Origin: a virus
DNA length: 46,515 bases
Direction: 5' to 3' (one strand)
Virus genome (UHGV): UHGV-0824613
Shown here: piece by piece, positions 9,449 to 17,913 of the stretch
Position numbering within the stretch: the first letter of the stretch is position 1
Layout of the letters: each line of letters begins with the position of its first letter
The notes under the pieces: generated by a model
What the model was told of the DNA's origin: nothing
Seen by the model: the letters and a program-made list of their open reading frames with translations, nothing else
Databases searched by the model: none
Position numbers and translations under genes: made by a program

Positions 9449-10521
9449 TGGAAAAGATTATCTTTACCAAAGATTTGGTAGCCAACTCCGCAGTAGTGGC
9501 TGACCAGTGGAAACATCTCACCATCGACCGCAAGGTGTTCTGCAATGCAGAAGCTGAGCTGGCGAAAACTTACGGTGTTAACGCCACCGCACTGGTAACA
9601 AAAGATTACTGGCGCGACGTGGATAACGTCACTACCCGCGTTTTCCGTAACGAGGCTGGTCAGGACATGATGGCTGACCTGATGGGTATCGCGGCAAACA
9701 TCAATATCGGTAAGACCGTGGCAATCAGCCGCATTGCTTCCGATGCTGGTAAGGTCGTCCGCACTCTGTCTGGTCAGGAGCCGGAAGATTTGGATAAAAC
9801 TCGCTACGATTACACTGGCGATGTGATTCCAATCTTCAAAACTGGCTACAGCCGCGAATGGCGCGAACTGCTGGGTATGCAGTCAGAAGGTTTTGACCCA
9901 CTGCTGGACGATCAGGCTAACGTCACCTTTAACCTGCGTTCCGACATGGCGCAGTATCTGCTGAGTGGCGACCAGACTCTGAACGTGAACGGCGTTTACA
10001 CTGGTTACGGCATCACTAACCACCCGAACACTGTTCAGGTTAACCTGAGCGTTCCCGGTGACGGCCTGAATATCGACCTGCAAACCGCAAAGCCAGACGA
10101 AATCGTGAAATTCTTCAATCAGGATTTCCAGGCTATTCTGGATGCGCAGAACGTATTTGAGCAGGTGACTCTGTGGGTTTCTCCGGCAGTGCGTCGCAGC
10201 TTCATGCGCCCGTATTCTGATGCGGCTGGCTTCAAAGGCGGCACAATTGAGCAGTACATCACGCAGTTCGGCAATGGTCGCATCGGCAAGATTGGCACCA
10301 ACTTCCTGCTGACTGGCAACCATTTCGTTGGCTACGTTCGCAACGACATGTACATCCGTCCGCGTGTTGCTCAGCCTGTTTCCACCTATGCGGCAGCCCG
10401 TGACAATCCGCACGATAACTTTAACTTTATGGTGTGGTCAGCTTTCGGTTTGCAAATTCGTAAGGATTTCACCGGCAAGTCAAAAGTGTTCAACGGCTAC
10501 GGTACGCAAACTCCGCAGTAA
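9448..10521 (+). CDS. major capsid protein
   Basis: 357 aa. Follows the scaffold and small head protein and is followed by a strong terminator (10523..10548). Composition typical of an HK97-fold MCP. Confidence 0.75.
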
Positions 10522-10564
10522 TAGAAAAGGGGCGAATAGCCCCTTTGTGAATTTGAGGTGAATA

Positions 10565-10762
10565 ATGGCTAAATACGAAGTCATCGCACGCGGAATCTTT
10601 GTTAAAGAGAAAGGCAAGATTCGTGAATTGCAGCTTGGCGAGGTTATCACGGAGCCTGCTGAGCATCTGCTGCCAAAACTGCGCGTTATGCCAGAACTGG
10701 AAAAGTCTTTCGAAGTCGCAACCCCACAAGAAAAGACGACAAAGAGAAAGAAAGCAGAGTAA
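10565..10762 (+). CDS. hypothetical protein
   Basis: 65 aa, followed by terminator cccgcattatgcgggtttttt at 10769..10792. Confidence 0.45.
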   Translation: MAKYEVIARGIFVKEKGKIRELQLGEVITEPAEHLLPKLRVMPELEKSFEVATPQEKTTKRKKAE

Positions 10763-10803
10763 ACTGAACCCGCATTATGCGGGTTTTTTATTGGGGGTTT
10801 CCA

Positions 10804-11621
10804 TGGCTGTCAGATACGAAATAAACACAACTCCGGCTGATGGAGAGGTTTTGCTTAGCGAAACCATGTCTGCTGACTGGACTGCATTGCAGGTACAGAT
10901 TGTGCCGCTAAATTCTTCCGGTGGCTATGAGCCATTAACAAGCGGGTCCGTTTCCGTAATGGTATCGCCGTTTGCGTCTGGTGATTTCTGGATTGGCGTT
11001 AACAATAATAATTATTATGGCGTGGCGCTGCGACTGAAGGTGATCAAGTCCCAGATACCTGCTGGCATTGCATCCCTGAAAGTCCTGGTATGGCGAGCTG
11101 CCACATCAGTACCATCAAGTCAGGTTGTCGCGCAGTCCTATGCAGAGTTTGCCAACAAGCAAGGGAAGTTATTCACCGCATCACGTCGCGTGACTGACGT
11201 CGCTGGTGGCTCAAACCTTGATAGCATATTTATCACCGGAACAAAGCAGGTGATATTCAACCAGCGCATTATTGGCTACACAGGGAAAGGTGTCGTTGCA
11301 TCAATCTATCGCGGCGCGGTTGCCACTGGCGGTACGGCTGCGGATATTAATAATCCCAACGACATAACACCGCAGGCAGCTACGGCGCAGCTTCTGACTG
11401 GCTCTACGATCACAAGTATTGGACAGCTTACGGTCGCAGCAACATATAGTGAGGGTAACGCATCGAATCAAGGGCAGGGCAACTCGCAGGCTATATTAGG
11501 CGAGCAGATCATCATGGCACCAAACACGACGTATTTGCTTCGCATAACATCACTGGATACTGCGGTGCAGAATATCAATGCATATGTCTCGTGGTTTGAG
11601 GATGATACTTATCTGGCGTGA
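10804..11621 (+). CDS. hypothetical structural protein
   Basis: ATG at 10804 (MAVRYEINTTPADGEV...). Ser/Thr/Gly/Ala-rich beta-type composition. Terminator 11628..11650. Confidence 0.5.
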
Positions 11622-11655
11622 TAAAAGAAAAGCCCCGTGAAGGGGCTTTTTATTG

Positions 11656-12195
11656 CTACAGGCGCATCGGCATAACAACAATCTTCGCAGTCTCGCCAGA
11701 TGGCGCACTAAGGCAGCAAACTGCGGCATTTGTATTTCCATTCAGTTCAAATTTGACACCACAGAATTTAGGATTAAACAGCTTCGCCACTTTCTCAATA
11801 TCAACAAGGTAGCCAGCATTAAAGCCAATTTCCTCTGCGGCTTTCGTTTCCTTTGGTATTACGCGATCAATATCAGGGAATCGGCCGTCAATCTCTTCGC
11901 AGATACCAGCACCAACCATTGTGTCCATATGACCGAAATGATAAGTAACGATTCCAGATTTTGTATCGATGATCGCATGGTTATATTTCTTTGTCGGAGA
12001 CTTGCTTACCTTTACAATCACATTTTCTGTCAGCTTATTGTGATGTCTTCCGCCAATAAACGCGCGATGACCGTCAGTTGATGCAATGCGACCATCTTGC
12101 ATAAAGCAAATACCATTCAGGTAGTAGCGCACATCATTGCGTGCCTGAAAGATTAACGCAGATTCAAGTAATAATTTGCTGATTTTTAGTTTCAT
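11656..12195 (-). CDS. truncated DNA polymerase III beta sliding-clamp (DnaN) homolog
   Basis: NDVRYYLNG...ASTDGHR, DGRFPDIDRVIPK, EIGFNAGYLVDIEKVA and C-terminal IVVMPMRL match E. coli DnaN domains II/III (QDVRYYLNG...TDGHR, DGRFPDYRRVLPK, EIGFNVSYVLDVLNAL, YVVMPMRL). About half the length of DnaN. Confidence 0.75.
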   Translation of the reverse strand: MKLKISKLLLESALIFQARNDVRYYLNGICFMQDGRIASTDGHRAFIGGRHHNKLTENVIVKVSKSPTKKYNHAIIDTKSGIVTYHFGHMDTMVGAGICEEIDGRFPDIDRVIPKETKAAEEIGFNAGYLVDIEKVAKLFNPKFCGVKFELNGNTNAAVCCLSAPSGETAKIVVMPMRL

Positions 12196-12368
12196 CACTT
12201 CACCTTAATCATGTGCTGTTTTGCAACCTTCAGGCATTCTTCAAAAATGCCACCCTTCTTTGCGCTCTGATTGCGCTTGTAGCACTGGATTGCTGCATCA
12301 ATTGCCATCTGGTCAATGTCAGGTAGCTTGGCACGAAGTTGTTTTTCTATGAATTGTTCTGGTGTCAT
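12195..12368 (-). CDS. small hypothetical protein (57 aa)
   Basis: ATGA overlaps on both sides. MTPEQFIEKQLRAKLPDIDQMAIDAAIQCYKRNQSAKKGGIFEECLKVAKQHMIKVK. Not in the ORF track. Confidence 0.4.
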   Translation of the reverse strand: MTPEQFIEKQLRAKLPDIDQMAIDAAIQCYKRNQSAKKGGIFEECLKVAKQHMIKVK

Positions 12369-12583
12369 TGATTTATCCTTGTGTCGAATTGAGATTTATA
12401 AAACAAATCAATACTTCCCAATGCTTTGTATTCAAATTTCCCATTCTCGCGGCAAACCCACTTCTCAAACCCATAATTGTCATTATTTGCCGTCCATGTT
12501 GTCACAGAGAAAAAACCACTAGCCTGGATTATTGCTCCATTACCATCCCTGTCACCGAACTTTATAATTTTGTAACGCATCAC
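12365..12583 (-). CDS. hypothetical protein
   Basis: 72-aa ORF in the operon. Confidence 0.5.
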   Translation of the reverse strand: MMRYKIIKFGDRDGNGAIIQASGFFSVTTWTANNDNYGFEKWVCRENGKFEYKALGSIDLFYKSQFDTRINQ

Positions 12584-13389
12584 ATCTTCTCCAGAATTGC
12601 CATAACCTCGTGAATATCAGCAACAGGAATCTGGATAAATTCCTCATCCTCTGCCACCACATGACCGGCAGGGAGAATAACGTGGTCTGCTGGCTTCAGT
12701 AACTCAATCAGGCGGTCTACTGGCTTAATCTTTTTCGACTTCAGCACCTTGGCTGTGACCTTATCCTTACCTTGCGACTTCGCTTTTTCCACTGCCTCGT
12801 CGATAACTTTAACCGCATCATCGCCATGCTCACGCGTTACCGCTACGGCATTTGCATAGCTGATTTGTCCTGCACTGATTCGCGCCTTTACTTCGGCTGG
12901 CACATCACCTAATGACAGGTGCATCTGCACGTCAGATACTGAGCGGCCTACCTTCTTGGCGATTTCTTCATTTGTCCAGCCAAATCCTTTCAATCGCGTG
13001 TAAGCCTTTGCACGCTCAAACGGGTCAAGCTGCTTGCCCTGACTGGATGACACCATGAAGGCGATTTTGTCCGCCTCGTCGCCAGTGAAATCCTTGCACT
13101 CAATGCGAACGATTGGTGCGCCGCGTTCAATGGCTCGTAGTGCACCAAGATAGCGATGCTGACCATCAAGAATGCGGATTCCTTTGTCGTCAGGGATAAC
13201 TGTTAATGCTGGCAATGGCTGACCTGATTCCCAGCACTGAGCGAAATATTCAACGTGTTGCTCATCTGCTTCACGGATGTTATATCCCGGCTCCAGATAG
13301 ATTCGCTCCACTGGCACGAGATAGGTTTTGTTAACAGCAATACCGTTGCGCGTTTCTTTGTCTGAATAGATTTTGCTTAGTGTTTTCAT
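12580..13389 (-). CDS. ParB-like (ParB/sulfiredoxin N-domain + HTH) protein
   Basis: ParB N-domain signature ...RILDGQHRYLGALRA..., followed by an HTH-like segment TNEEIAKKVGRSVSDVQMHLSL. No ParA partner seen. Confidence 0.75.
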   Translation of the reverse strand: MKTLSKIYSDKETRNGIAVNKTYLVPVERIYLEPGYNIREADEQHVEYFAQCWESGQPLPALTVIPDDKGIRILDGQHRYLGALRAIERGAPIVRIECKDFTGDEADKIAFMVSSSQGKQLDPFERAKAYTRLKGFGWTNEEIAKKVGRSVSDVQMHLSLGDVPAEVKARISAGQISYANAVAVTREHGDDAVKVIDEAVEKAKSQGKDKVTAKVLKSKKIKPVDRLIELLKPADHVILPAGHVVAEDEEFIQIPVADIHEVMAILEKM

Positions 13390-13730
13390 TGTTTCTTTCC
13401 TAATGCTTTCTTGATAGATTCTTCAGCTAACAGCAATTCTTCTGGGTATTGCTCATTCCAGTTTTGTTTGTATGCCTTGCCAAGCATTTTTTGCAGAGCT
13501 TCAAGCAACTCAGGTGCTGCGGCTATTAACTTTGCATTTGCACGCGTTTCATCAGCCTCTCTGGCATGAACATTTTCATAAACAGGTGTTAATACATTTG
13601 CCACCTTATATCGATGACCAATAATTGCGCCTCTGATTCTGATGTATGGCTTATCTACTTCTTCTGGTAAAACCTGCCACGGACCTTTTGTACCTTTGAA
13701 TTCATCTTTCATATCACTCACCTCTAACAT
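13386..13730 (-). CDS. conserved phage protein (KGPWQV...LIAAAPELLEAL family), paralog of the junction-spanning gene
   Basis: MKDEFKGTKGPWQV...NAKLIAAAPELLEALQ is paralogous to MEEFKGTPGPWEV...NAKLIAASPYLLSALQ (1..90 joined to 46309..46515). Confidence 0.55.
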   Translation of the reverse strand: MLEVSDMKDEFKGTKGPWQVLPEEVDKPYIRIRGAIIGHRYKVANVLTPVYENVHAREADETRANAKLIAAAPELLEALQKMLGKAYKQNWNEQYPEELLLAEESIKKALGKKQ

Positions 13731-13829
13731 TTATTGTTGTTTCTACGTCACTAACTATAAACGCACCATCAATCTACGTCAACAGGAATGTGCTAAAATC
13801 ATGCTAATCAAACAACAGGAGATTTAAAC
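13731..13829. promoter_or_regulatory. divergent promoter region with two motif copies
   Basis: tttctacgtcac (13739-13750), aatctacgtcaac (13771-13783), tgcTAAAAT extended -10-like (13791-13799). Shares the 14-mer catttattgttgtt with 41671-41685. Confidence 0.5.
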
Positions 13830-13949
13830 ATGGGTTCAACAAACGGTCCGTCTCGTTCACGCGCTACTGGCAATACCAAAACTGGCGGCAAAACTGGCGC
13901 AGTGAAGCCAAACGGCTCCACCCGTTCACCATCACGCGGTAAGAAATAA
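13830..13949 (+). CDS. small basic protein (39 aa)
   Basis: AGGAG SD 9 nt upstream. MGSTNGPSRSRATGNTKTGGKTGAVKPNGSTRSPSRGKK. Stop overlaps the next ATG. Not in the ORF track. Confidence 0.4.
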   Translation: MGSTNGPSRSRATGNTKTGGKTGAVKPNGSTRSPSRGKK

Positions 13950-14389
13950 TGTTCGGCGCAGATATTGCCATCATGATCATGTATGTGCTGGGCTTTGCCT
14001 GCACGGGCATGGTCGCGTTTTTGGTGTTCATTCCGGCAATGGTGATGTCTGTGTATCTTGGATGGGTGCTTGTTGATTCATTTCCCGCCGAATATCTGTA
14101 TTACCTTGCGCAGTATATGGTCTGGTTGTTTCCGGCTATTGCACTGCGCAAAAGTACAAAGATGGCGCTCTGCGTGCTGACGATGAGCCTTTACGAATGG
14201 CTGGTTGCGATAGAGTCATTCGTATGGGGATTTATCACGCCTGTAGAAACGCCGCTTCATGCGCAGTACGCATTTATTATTATCGGCATCCATCTGTTCA
14301 TCCTTTCCATCACTTTTAAATGGGGCGGCGAAATTGGACATTATTCTTGGCGTGGTCGCCATTGTTTTTTCGCTGATTCAAATCTATAA
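13949..14389 (+). CDS. integral membrane protein (4-5 TM)
   Basis: 146-aa hydrophobic ORF. The 3' end overlaps alternative-frame ORFs, so the boundary is uncertain. Confidence 0.45.
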   Translation: MFGADIAIMIMYVLGFACTGMVAFLVFIPAMVMSVYLGWVLVDSFPAEYLYYLAQYMVWLFPAIALRKSTKMALCVLTMSLYEWLVAIESFVWGFITPVETPLHAQYAFIIIGIHLFILSITFKWGGEIGHYSWRGRHCFFADSNL

Positions 14390-14421
14390 GTGCTGGAAAC
14401 ATATCATCAGCGAGACACGCA

Positions 14422-14706
14422 ATGAACGGAGCACTAAGGCAAGTCGCAGAGCAGATTATAAGCGGAACGGCAGGGCAGGTGATTGATAAGGCTGGATATG
14501 CTTCTATTGGCACTGGCATCAGCCTAAAAGTCGCAGAGCAAACACCTGTCACGCAATCTTATTTTGAGGCTATGATTCCACATAGCCTGACAGAGTGGGC
14601 GGCAGCAGCGTCAATCCTCGGCGCTCTGTCTCTGGTAATAAAAAACCTCTTTGAAATGTGGTGGAAGGTACGGGAGTCGAAAAAAAATGGCAGCACCAAC
14701 ACCTGA
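14422..14706 (+). CDS. hypothetical protein with C-terminal TM segment
   Basis: 94-aa ORF; WAAAASILGALSLVI then a charged tail. Confidence 0.35.
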   Translation: MNGALRQVAEQIISGTAGQVIDKAGYASIGTGISLKVAEQTPVTQSYFEAMIPHSLTEWAAAASILGALSLVIKNLFEMWWKVRESKKNGSTNT

Positions 14707-15079
14707 AGAATTAGTAAGCCAGATGGCATCCCGTGGAATGACTATCACCGCAACGGATGCATCTGGCATTCTGTGCCTTGTGGCGTCAATCAGTGAATGC
14801 CTTGAACTGAACTATCCAAACGATGAATGCCGACAAAATGCGATCATGCTGTGGGCTTCAATCCTGATTAGCGCAAATACTGCTGGTCGATACGTTACCA
14901 GTCAAAGTGCACCTTCTGGCGCGTCACAATCATTTGCTTACGGCAGCAAGCCGTGGGTGGCGCTGTACAATCAGATGAAGCTACTGGATACAGCTGGATG
15001 CACTGGTGATTTAGTGGAAGACCCTGATGGAAGCGGAAAGCCGTGGTTTGCAGTTGTGCGTGGGAGTAAGTGCAAATGA
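14687..15079 (+). CDS. putative head-tail connector/adaptor protein
   Basis: ATG at 14687 (MAAPTPEEL...) with GGGAG SD. Size and position match the first of four head-tail joining genes. Confidence 0.45.
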   Translation: MAAPTPEELVSQMASRGMTITATDASGILCLVASISECLELNYPNDECRQNAIMLWASILISANTAGRYVTSQSAPSGASQSFAYGSKPWVALYNQMKLLDTAGCTGDLVEDPDGSGKPWFAVVRGSKCK

Positions 15080-15417
15080 CTTCGCTGGCTAACTGGAGCT
15101 ACACGCAACCATGCACAATCTGGCACAAAAGCGGCACTGACAAGTACGGTAAGCCAACTTTTGATGCGCCAGTGAGCATCGTGTGCGATTATGGCTTTAA
15201 CGATGATGTATCGACTGACGCAAAAGGCAATGAGATTGTGCAGAAAAATACCTTCTGGACAGAATACACTGGCGCTAAGGTTGGTGATTACATCATGATT
15301 GGCACGATAACAGAGGCTGACCCGCTGGCGGCTGGAGCAAACCAGATTCTGAATGTGATTAACTATGGCAACACTTTCCAAAGAAGCGAGCCGCCTGACT
15401 TTGCACTGGTGACATAA
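15070..15417 (+). CDS. putative head-tail joining (head closure) protein
   Basis: 115 aa. Position and size match an SPP1 gp16-like head closure protein. Confidence 0.5.
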   Translation: MQMTSLANWSYTQPCTIWHKSGTDKYGKPTFDAPVSIVCDYGFNDDVSTDAKGNEIVQKNTFWTEYTGAKVGDYIMIGTITEADPLAAGANQILNVINYGNTFQRSEPPDFALVT

Positions 15418-15815
15418 TGCCAGCGAAATTAAGAGGCATTCGCCAAGCCGTAGAAAGAACATCGCAGATTGTGGATGAGATAATTGCCACGAAAGCTGTG
15501 CGCGCTCTGAAGTCAGCAACATACATCATCCGCACCGAATCAGCCACGTTGACGCCGATTGATACGTCGACACTGATTAACAGCCAGTTTGATACTGTGG
15601 AAGTTAGCGGAACTCGAATCACTGGCAAGGTTGGCTACTCTGCGAAATATGCGCTGTACGTCCACAATGCCAGTGGCAAACTTGCAGGTAAGCCGCGAAG
15701 CAATGGTAACGGCACGTATTGGAGTCCGGGAGGTGAACCGCAATTTCTTACCAAAGGGGCGCAGCGCACAAAAGACCTTGTTGATAGCGCGATTAAGAAG
15801 GAGATGACACTCTAA
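15417..15815 (+). CDS. HK97 gp10-like tail-component protein
   Basis: 132 aa; ...YSAKYALYVHNASGK... is typical of the HK97 gp10 family. ATGA-type coupling. Confidence 0.55.
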   Translation: MPAKLRGIRQAVERTSQIVDEIIATKAVRALKSATYIIRTESATLTPIDTSTLINSQFDTVEVSGTRITGKVGYSAKYALYVHNASGKLAGKPRSNGNGTYWSPGGEPQFLTKGAQRTKDLVDSAIKKEMTL

Positions 15816-16189
15816 TGAATATGCTTGAGCTGGTTGATGCATATCTTCAGGATGCCGGGTTGTATGACGGCTGGACTTCGCAGTTGCAGTTCTGGAATGA
15901 CACCGGAGACGGCAATGAGCAATTTATTGTCCTGCAATCCAATGGCGGCACACAGGTGATGGATGGCCTCGGTGGTGACTTCTATTTCTCGATGTATGTT
16001 GTTGGCAAACATGGGCAGTATAACGTGGCTGATGTTGATGCGAAGGCCAATGAGATTATCGAATACATCAAGACGCATCCGATTGATTCATGCGTTAACT
16101 ACATCCAGTTGCAGGCACCACTGGGAAGGCCGATGTTGACTGAAGAGAAACGGCCTGTGCATGAGTTGCTTTTGCGGGTTGTGAAATAA
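15815..16189 (+). CDS. putative tail completion/terminator protein
   Basis: 124 aa, last gene before the major tail protein region. Terminator 16195..16215. Confidence 0.5.
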   Translation: MNMLELVDAYLQDAGLYDGWTSQLQFWNDTGDGNEQFIVLQSNGGTQVMDGLGGDFYFSMYVVGKHGQYNVADVDAKANEIIEYIKTHPIDSCVNYIQLQAPLGRPMLTEEKRPVHELLLRVVK

Positions 16190-16310
16190 ATAAAGCCGCA
16201 TGAAGCGGCCTTATTGCTGGTTTAAGCATTGCCAGCGTGCTTTCTTAATATCCAGCCCCGTAACCCATACATACCCCTACATATGATTGCGATAATGCTG
16301 GATATTAAGT

Positions 16311-16440
16311 GTTGTGGCGACAGGAATCGAACCTGCTTCCATAGGTGCGCTGCCTATTGCAGTACGCGCGTCGGTCAGCTACATGACTAGTATTTTCACT
16401 GCCGTCTATCTGCTAGCTCGCCATTGAGCTTCACCACAAC
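16311..16440 (-). ncRNA. tRNA-like element (acceptor stem, D-arm and T-arm with TTCGATT loop; about 57-nt insertion; non-canonical)
   Basis: On the minus strand: 7-bp acceptor pairing GTTGTGG/CCACAAC, D-arm GCTC-AATGGC-GAGC, hairpin ATAGG-CAGCGCA-CCTAT, T-arm GCAGG-TTCGATT-CCTGT. Total about 128 nt and no U33, so not a canonical tRNA. Confidence 0.3.
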
Positions 16441-16511
16441 GGAAAGAGCACTGAACCTATGGCTATTGGATTTCACACTGGCTGATCAATTCCAGCGCGC
16501 CTCGCGGCCTC

Positions 16512-16536
16512 AATAACCAAGAGGAATCGAACCTCT
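16512..16536 (-). ncRNA. second tRNA-like T-arm/3'-acceptor fragment
   Basis: On the minus strand: AGAGG-TTCGATT-CCTCT followed by TGGTTAT. No matching 5' acceptor strand was found. Confidence 0.25.
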
Positions 16537-16820
16537 CAATGCTCTTACCTGTTGTGTTCCCTGACTTATTAATCACACCTCAGGGACGCAGTGCGCCGAA
16601 TTTGTTTACAAGGAATCGGAAGACCTTGCTGACTTACAGGCTATTACGCCGCCATCAGAACAACATCATCGTTTGCATTTATCTTTGTGGTCAGTTTCTA
16701 AAAAGTCCGCAAAGTCGCTCACGAAAACTATCTGAAATACAATCTACACCACAAAATAATCGCTGTCAACACCTGTGATATAATCACCACGTTAGCAGCT
16801 AACACAATTCGGAGATCGAA

Positions 16821-17537
16821 ATGGCTATTTGTGCAAATGATAAAGGCGTTCTGGTCGGTCGCATGACCCGACTGTTCCTTGCTGAAGGGTGCGGCGACGC
16901 AGTTCCGGATGCAGGCGACTGGAAGTATTTAGGCTCAACCACCAGTAAAGGCGTTGACTACTCGCCGCAGACCACTACGTCGGAAGCGGATACCGCTGGC
17001 GGCTTTGTTTCTACTCTCGTTACCAGCTCTGATATGACCATCAGTGCAGAGGTGGAAATCCGCAAGAATGACCCGAGCGATGAGTTTGGCTTCCATCGTC
17101 TTGTTGAGATTTACGCCACTGAACTGAAAGCTCGTCGCCAGCCTTCCCTGTGGGTGCGTCAGGTGACTGGTGCAACTATCGTTACCGCGTATTGCAACAT
17201 CACCAGCATCAGCTACGAAGGTGGCACGAACGATATCGTTACTGGTAGCCTTGAGTTTAAGGTTTACGATTCTGACAGCGTTACCGTAGAAAGCCTTGAA
17301 CCTCTGGCATTCACTACCGACCTGCAATCAACTGGCACGGCCGGAAGCCCGTTAACCGTTGCTGTTGAAGGTGGCGTTGCTCCTTACACTTATGTATGGC
17401 GCAAAGATGGCGTGGTTGTCGGCAGCGAATCTGGCGCATCTCTGGCAAGCCCTACCGCTGGCGTGTATACCGTCACGGTAACTGATTCATCTACCGACCC
17501 GGGAATTATCATCAGCACGGCGTGCACGGTATCCTGA
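16821..17537 (+). CDS. major tail protein with C-terminal Ig-like domain
   Basis: 238 aa. C-terminal Ig-like segment (...PLTVAVEGGVAPYTYVWRKDGVVVGSE...VYTVTVTD). Position upstream of the chaperone and TMP. Terminator 17541..17565. Confidence 0.75.
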   Translation: MAICANDKGVLVGRMTRLFLAEGCGDAVPDAGDWKYLGSTTSKGVDYSPQTTTSEADTAGGFVSTLVTSSDMTISAEVEIRKNDPSDEFGFHRLVEIYATELKARRQPSLWVRQVTGATIVTAYCNITSISYEGGTNDIVTGSLEFKVYDSDSVTVESLEPLAFTTDLQSTGTAGSPLTVAVEGGVAPYTYVWRKDGVVVGSESGASLASPTAGVYTVTVTDSSTDPGIIISTACTVS

Positions 17538-17566
17538 TAAAGAAAAGCCCCGAAAGGGGCTTTGTT

Positions 17567-17773
17567 TTATTCTTGTGGTGGTTCTGGTATCGGCATCCAG
17601 TGAGTCACATTAACTTCATCATAATAGGATGATTCGTACGAATAAATATCCCAACTAACATGCTCTCCATATCGTAGATAAAAACCTTCATGGACTTGTT
17701 TTAAATCATCGTAAACAATTACGTCCTCGCCTTCTTCCGGCATTCGCTCACTACACTTAATCCACTTGCTCAT
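17567..17773 (-). CDS. DUF551-domain protein
   Basis: C-terminal THWMPIPEPPQE plus conserved W/P pattern typical of DUF551. Antisense moron. Confidence 0.65.
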   Translation of the reverse strand: MSKWIKCSERMPEEGEDVIVYDDLKQVHEGFYLRYGEHVSWDIYSYESSYYDEVNVTHWMPIPEPPQE

Positions 17774-17913
17774 ATCACCTTATCCTCATCAAAAATCACA
17801 CCAATCACACGAAGTAAGTCTTTCGCCATGCGCTCTGCTTCTTCATAGTCGTAACCTGCATCAACATACAGTTCAGTGTAGAAAATCAGGTCTGCTTTTG
17901 TTTGCTCGTTCAT
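17770..17913 (-). CDS. small acidic protein (47 aa)
   Basis: ATGA overlaps. MNEQTKADLIFYTELYVDAGYDYEEAERMAKDLLRVIGVIFDEDKVI. Not in the ORF track. Confidence 0.35.
   Translation of the reverse strand: MNEQTKADLIFYTELYVDAGYDYEEAERMAKDLLRVIGVIFDEDKVI

Noticed and set aside
9883-10413. 176-aa minus-strand ORF inside the major capsid gene
   Set aside because: It is antisense to a high-confidence structural gene and has no independent start signals.
14259-14486. 75-aa ORF overlapping the 3' end of the membrane-protein gene
   Set aside because: It is an alternative frame with no clear RBS. It may indicate a local frameshift or an uncertain gene boundary, so it was not called separately.
16311-16440. 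Canonical tRNA gene
   Set aside because: Acceptor, D-arm and T-arm are good. But the element is about 128 nt long, with an insertion of about 57 nt outside the anticodon loop, and the best anticodon-like loop (CAGCGCA) lacks U33 and purine-37. It is therefore kept only as a tRNA-like element.
16539-16778. 79-aa plus-strand ORF in the tail-module gap
   Set aside because: Low-complexity, Arg/Leu-rich, no RBS. It lies over the tRNA-like/non-coding region.
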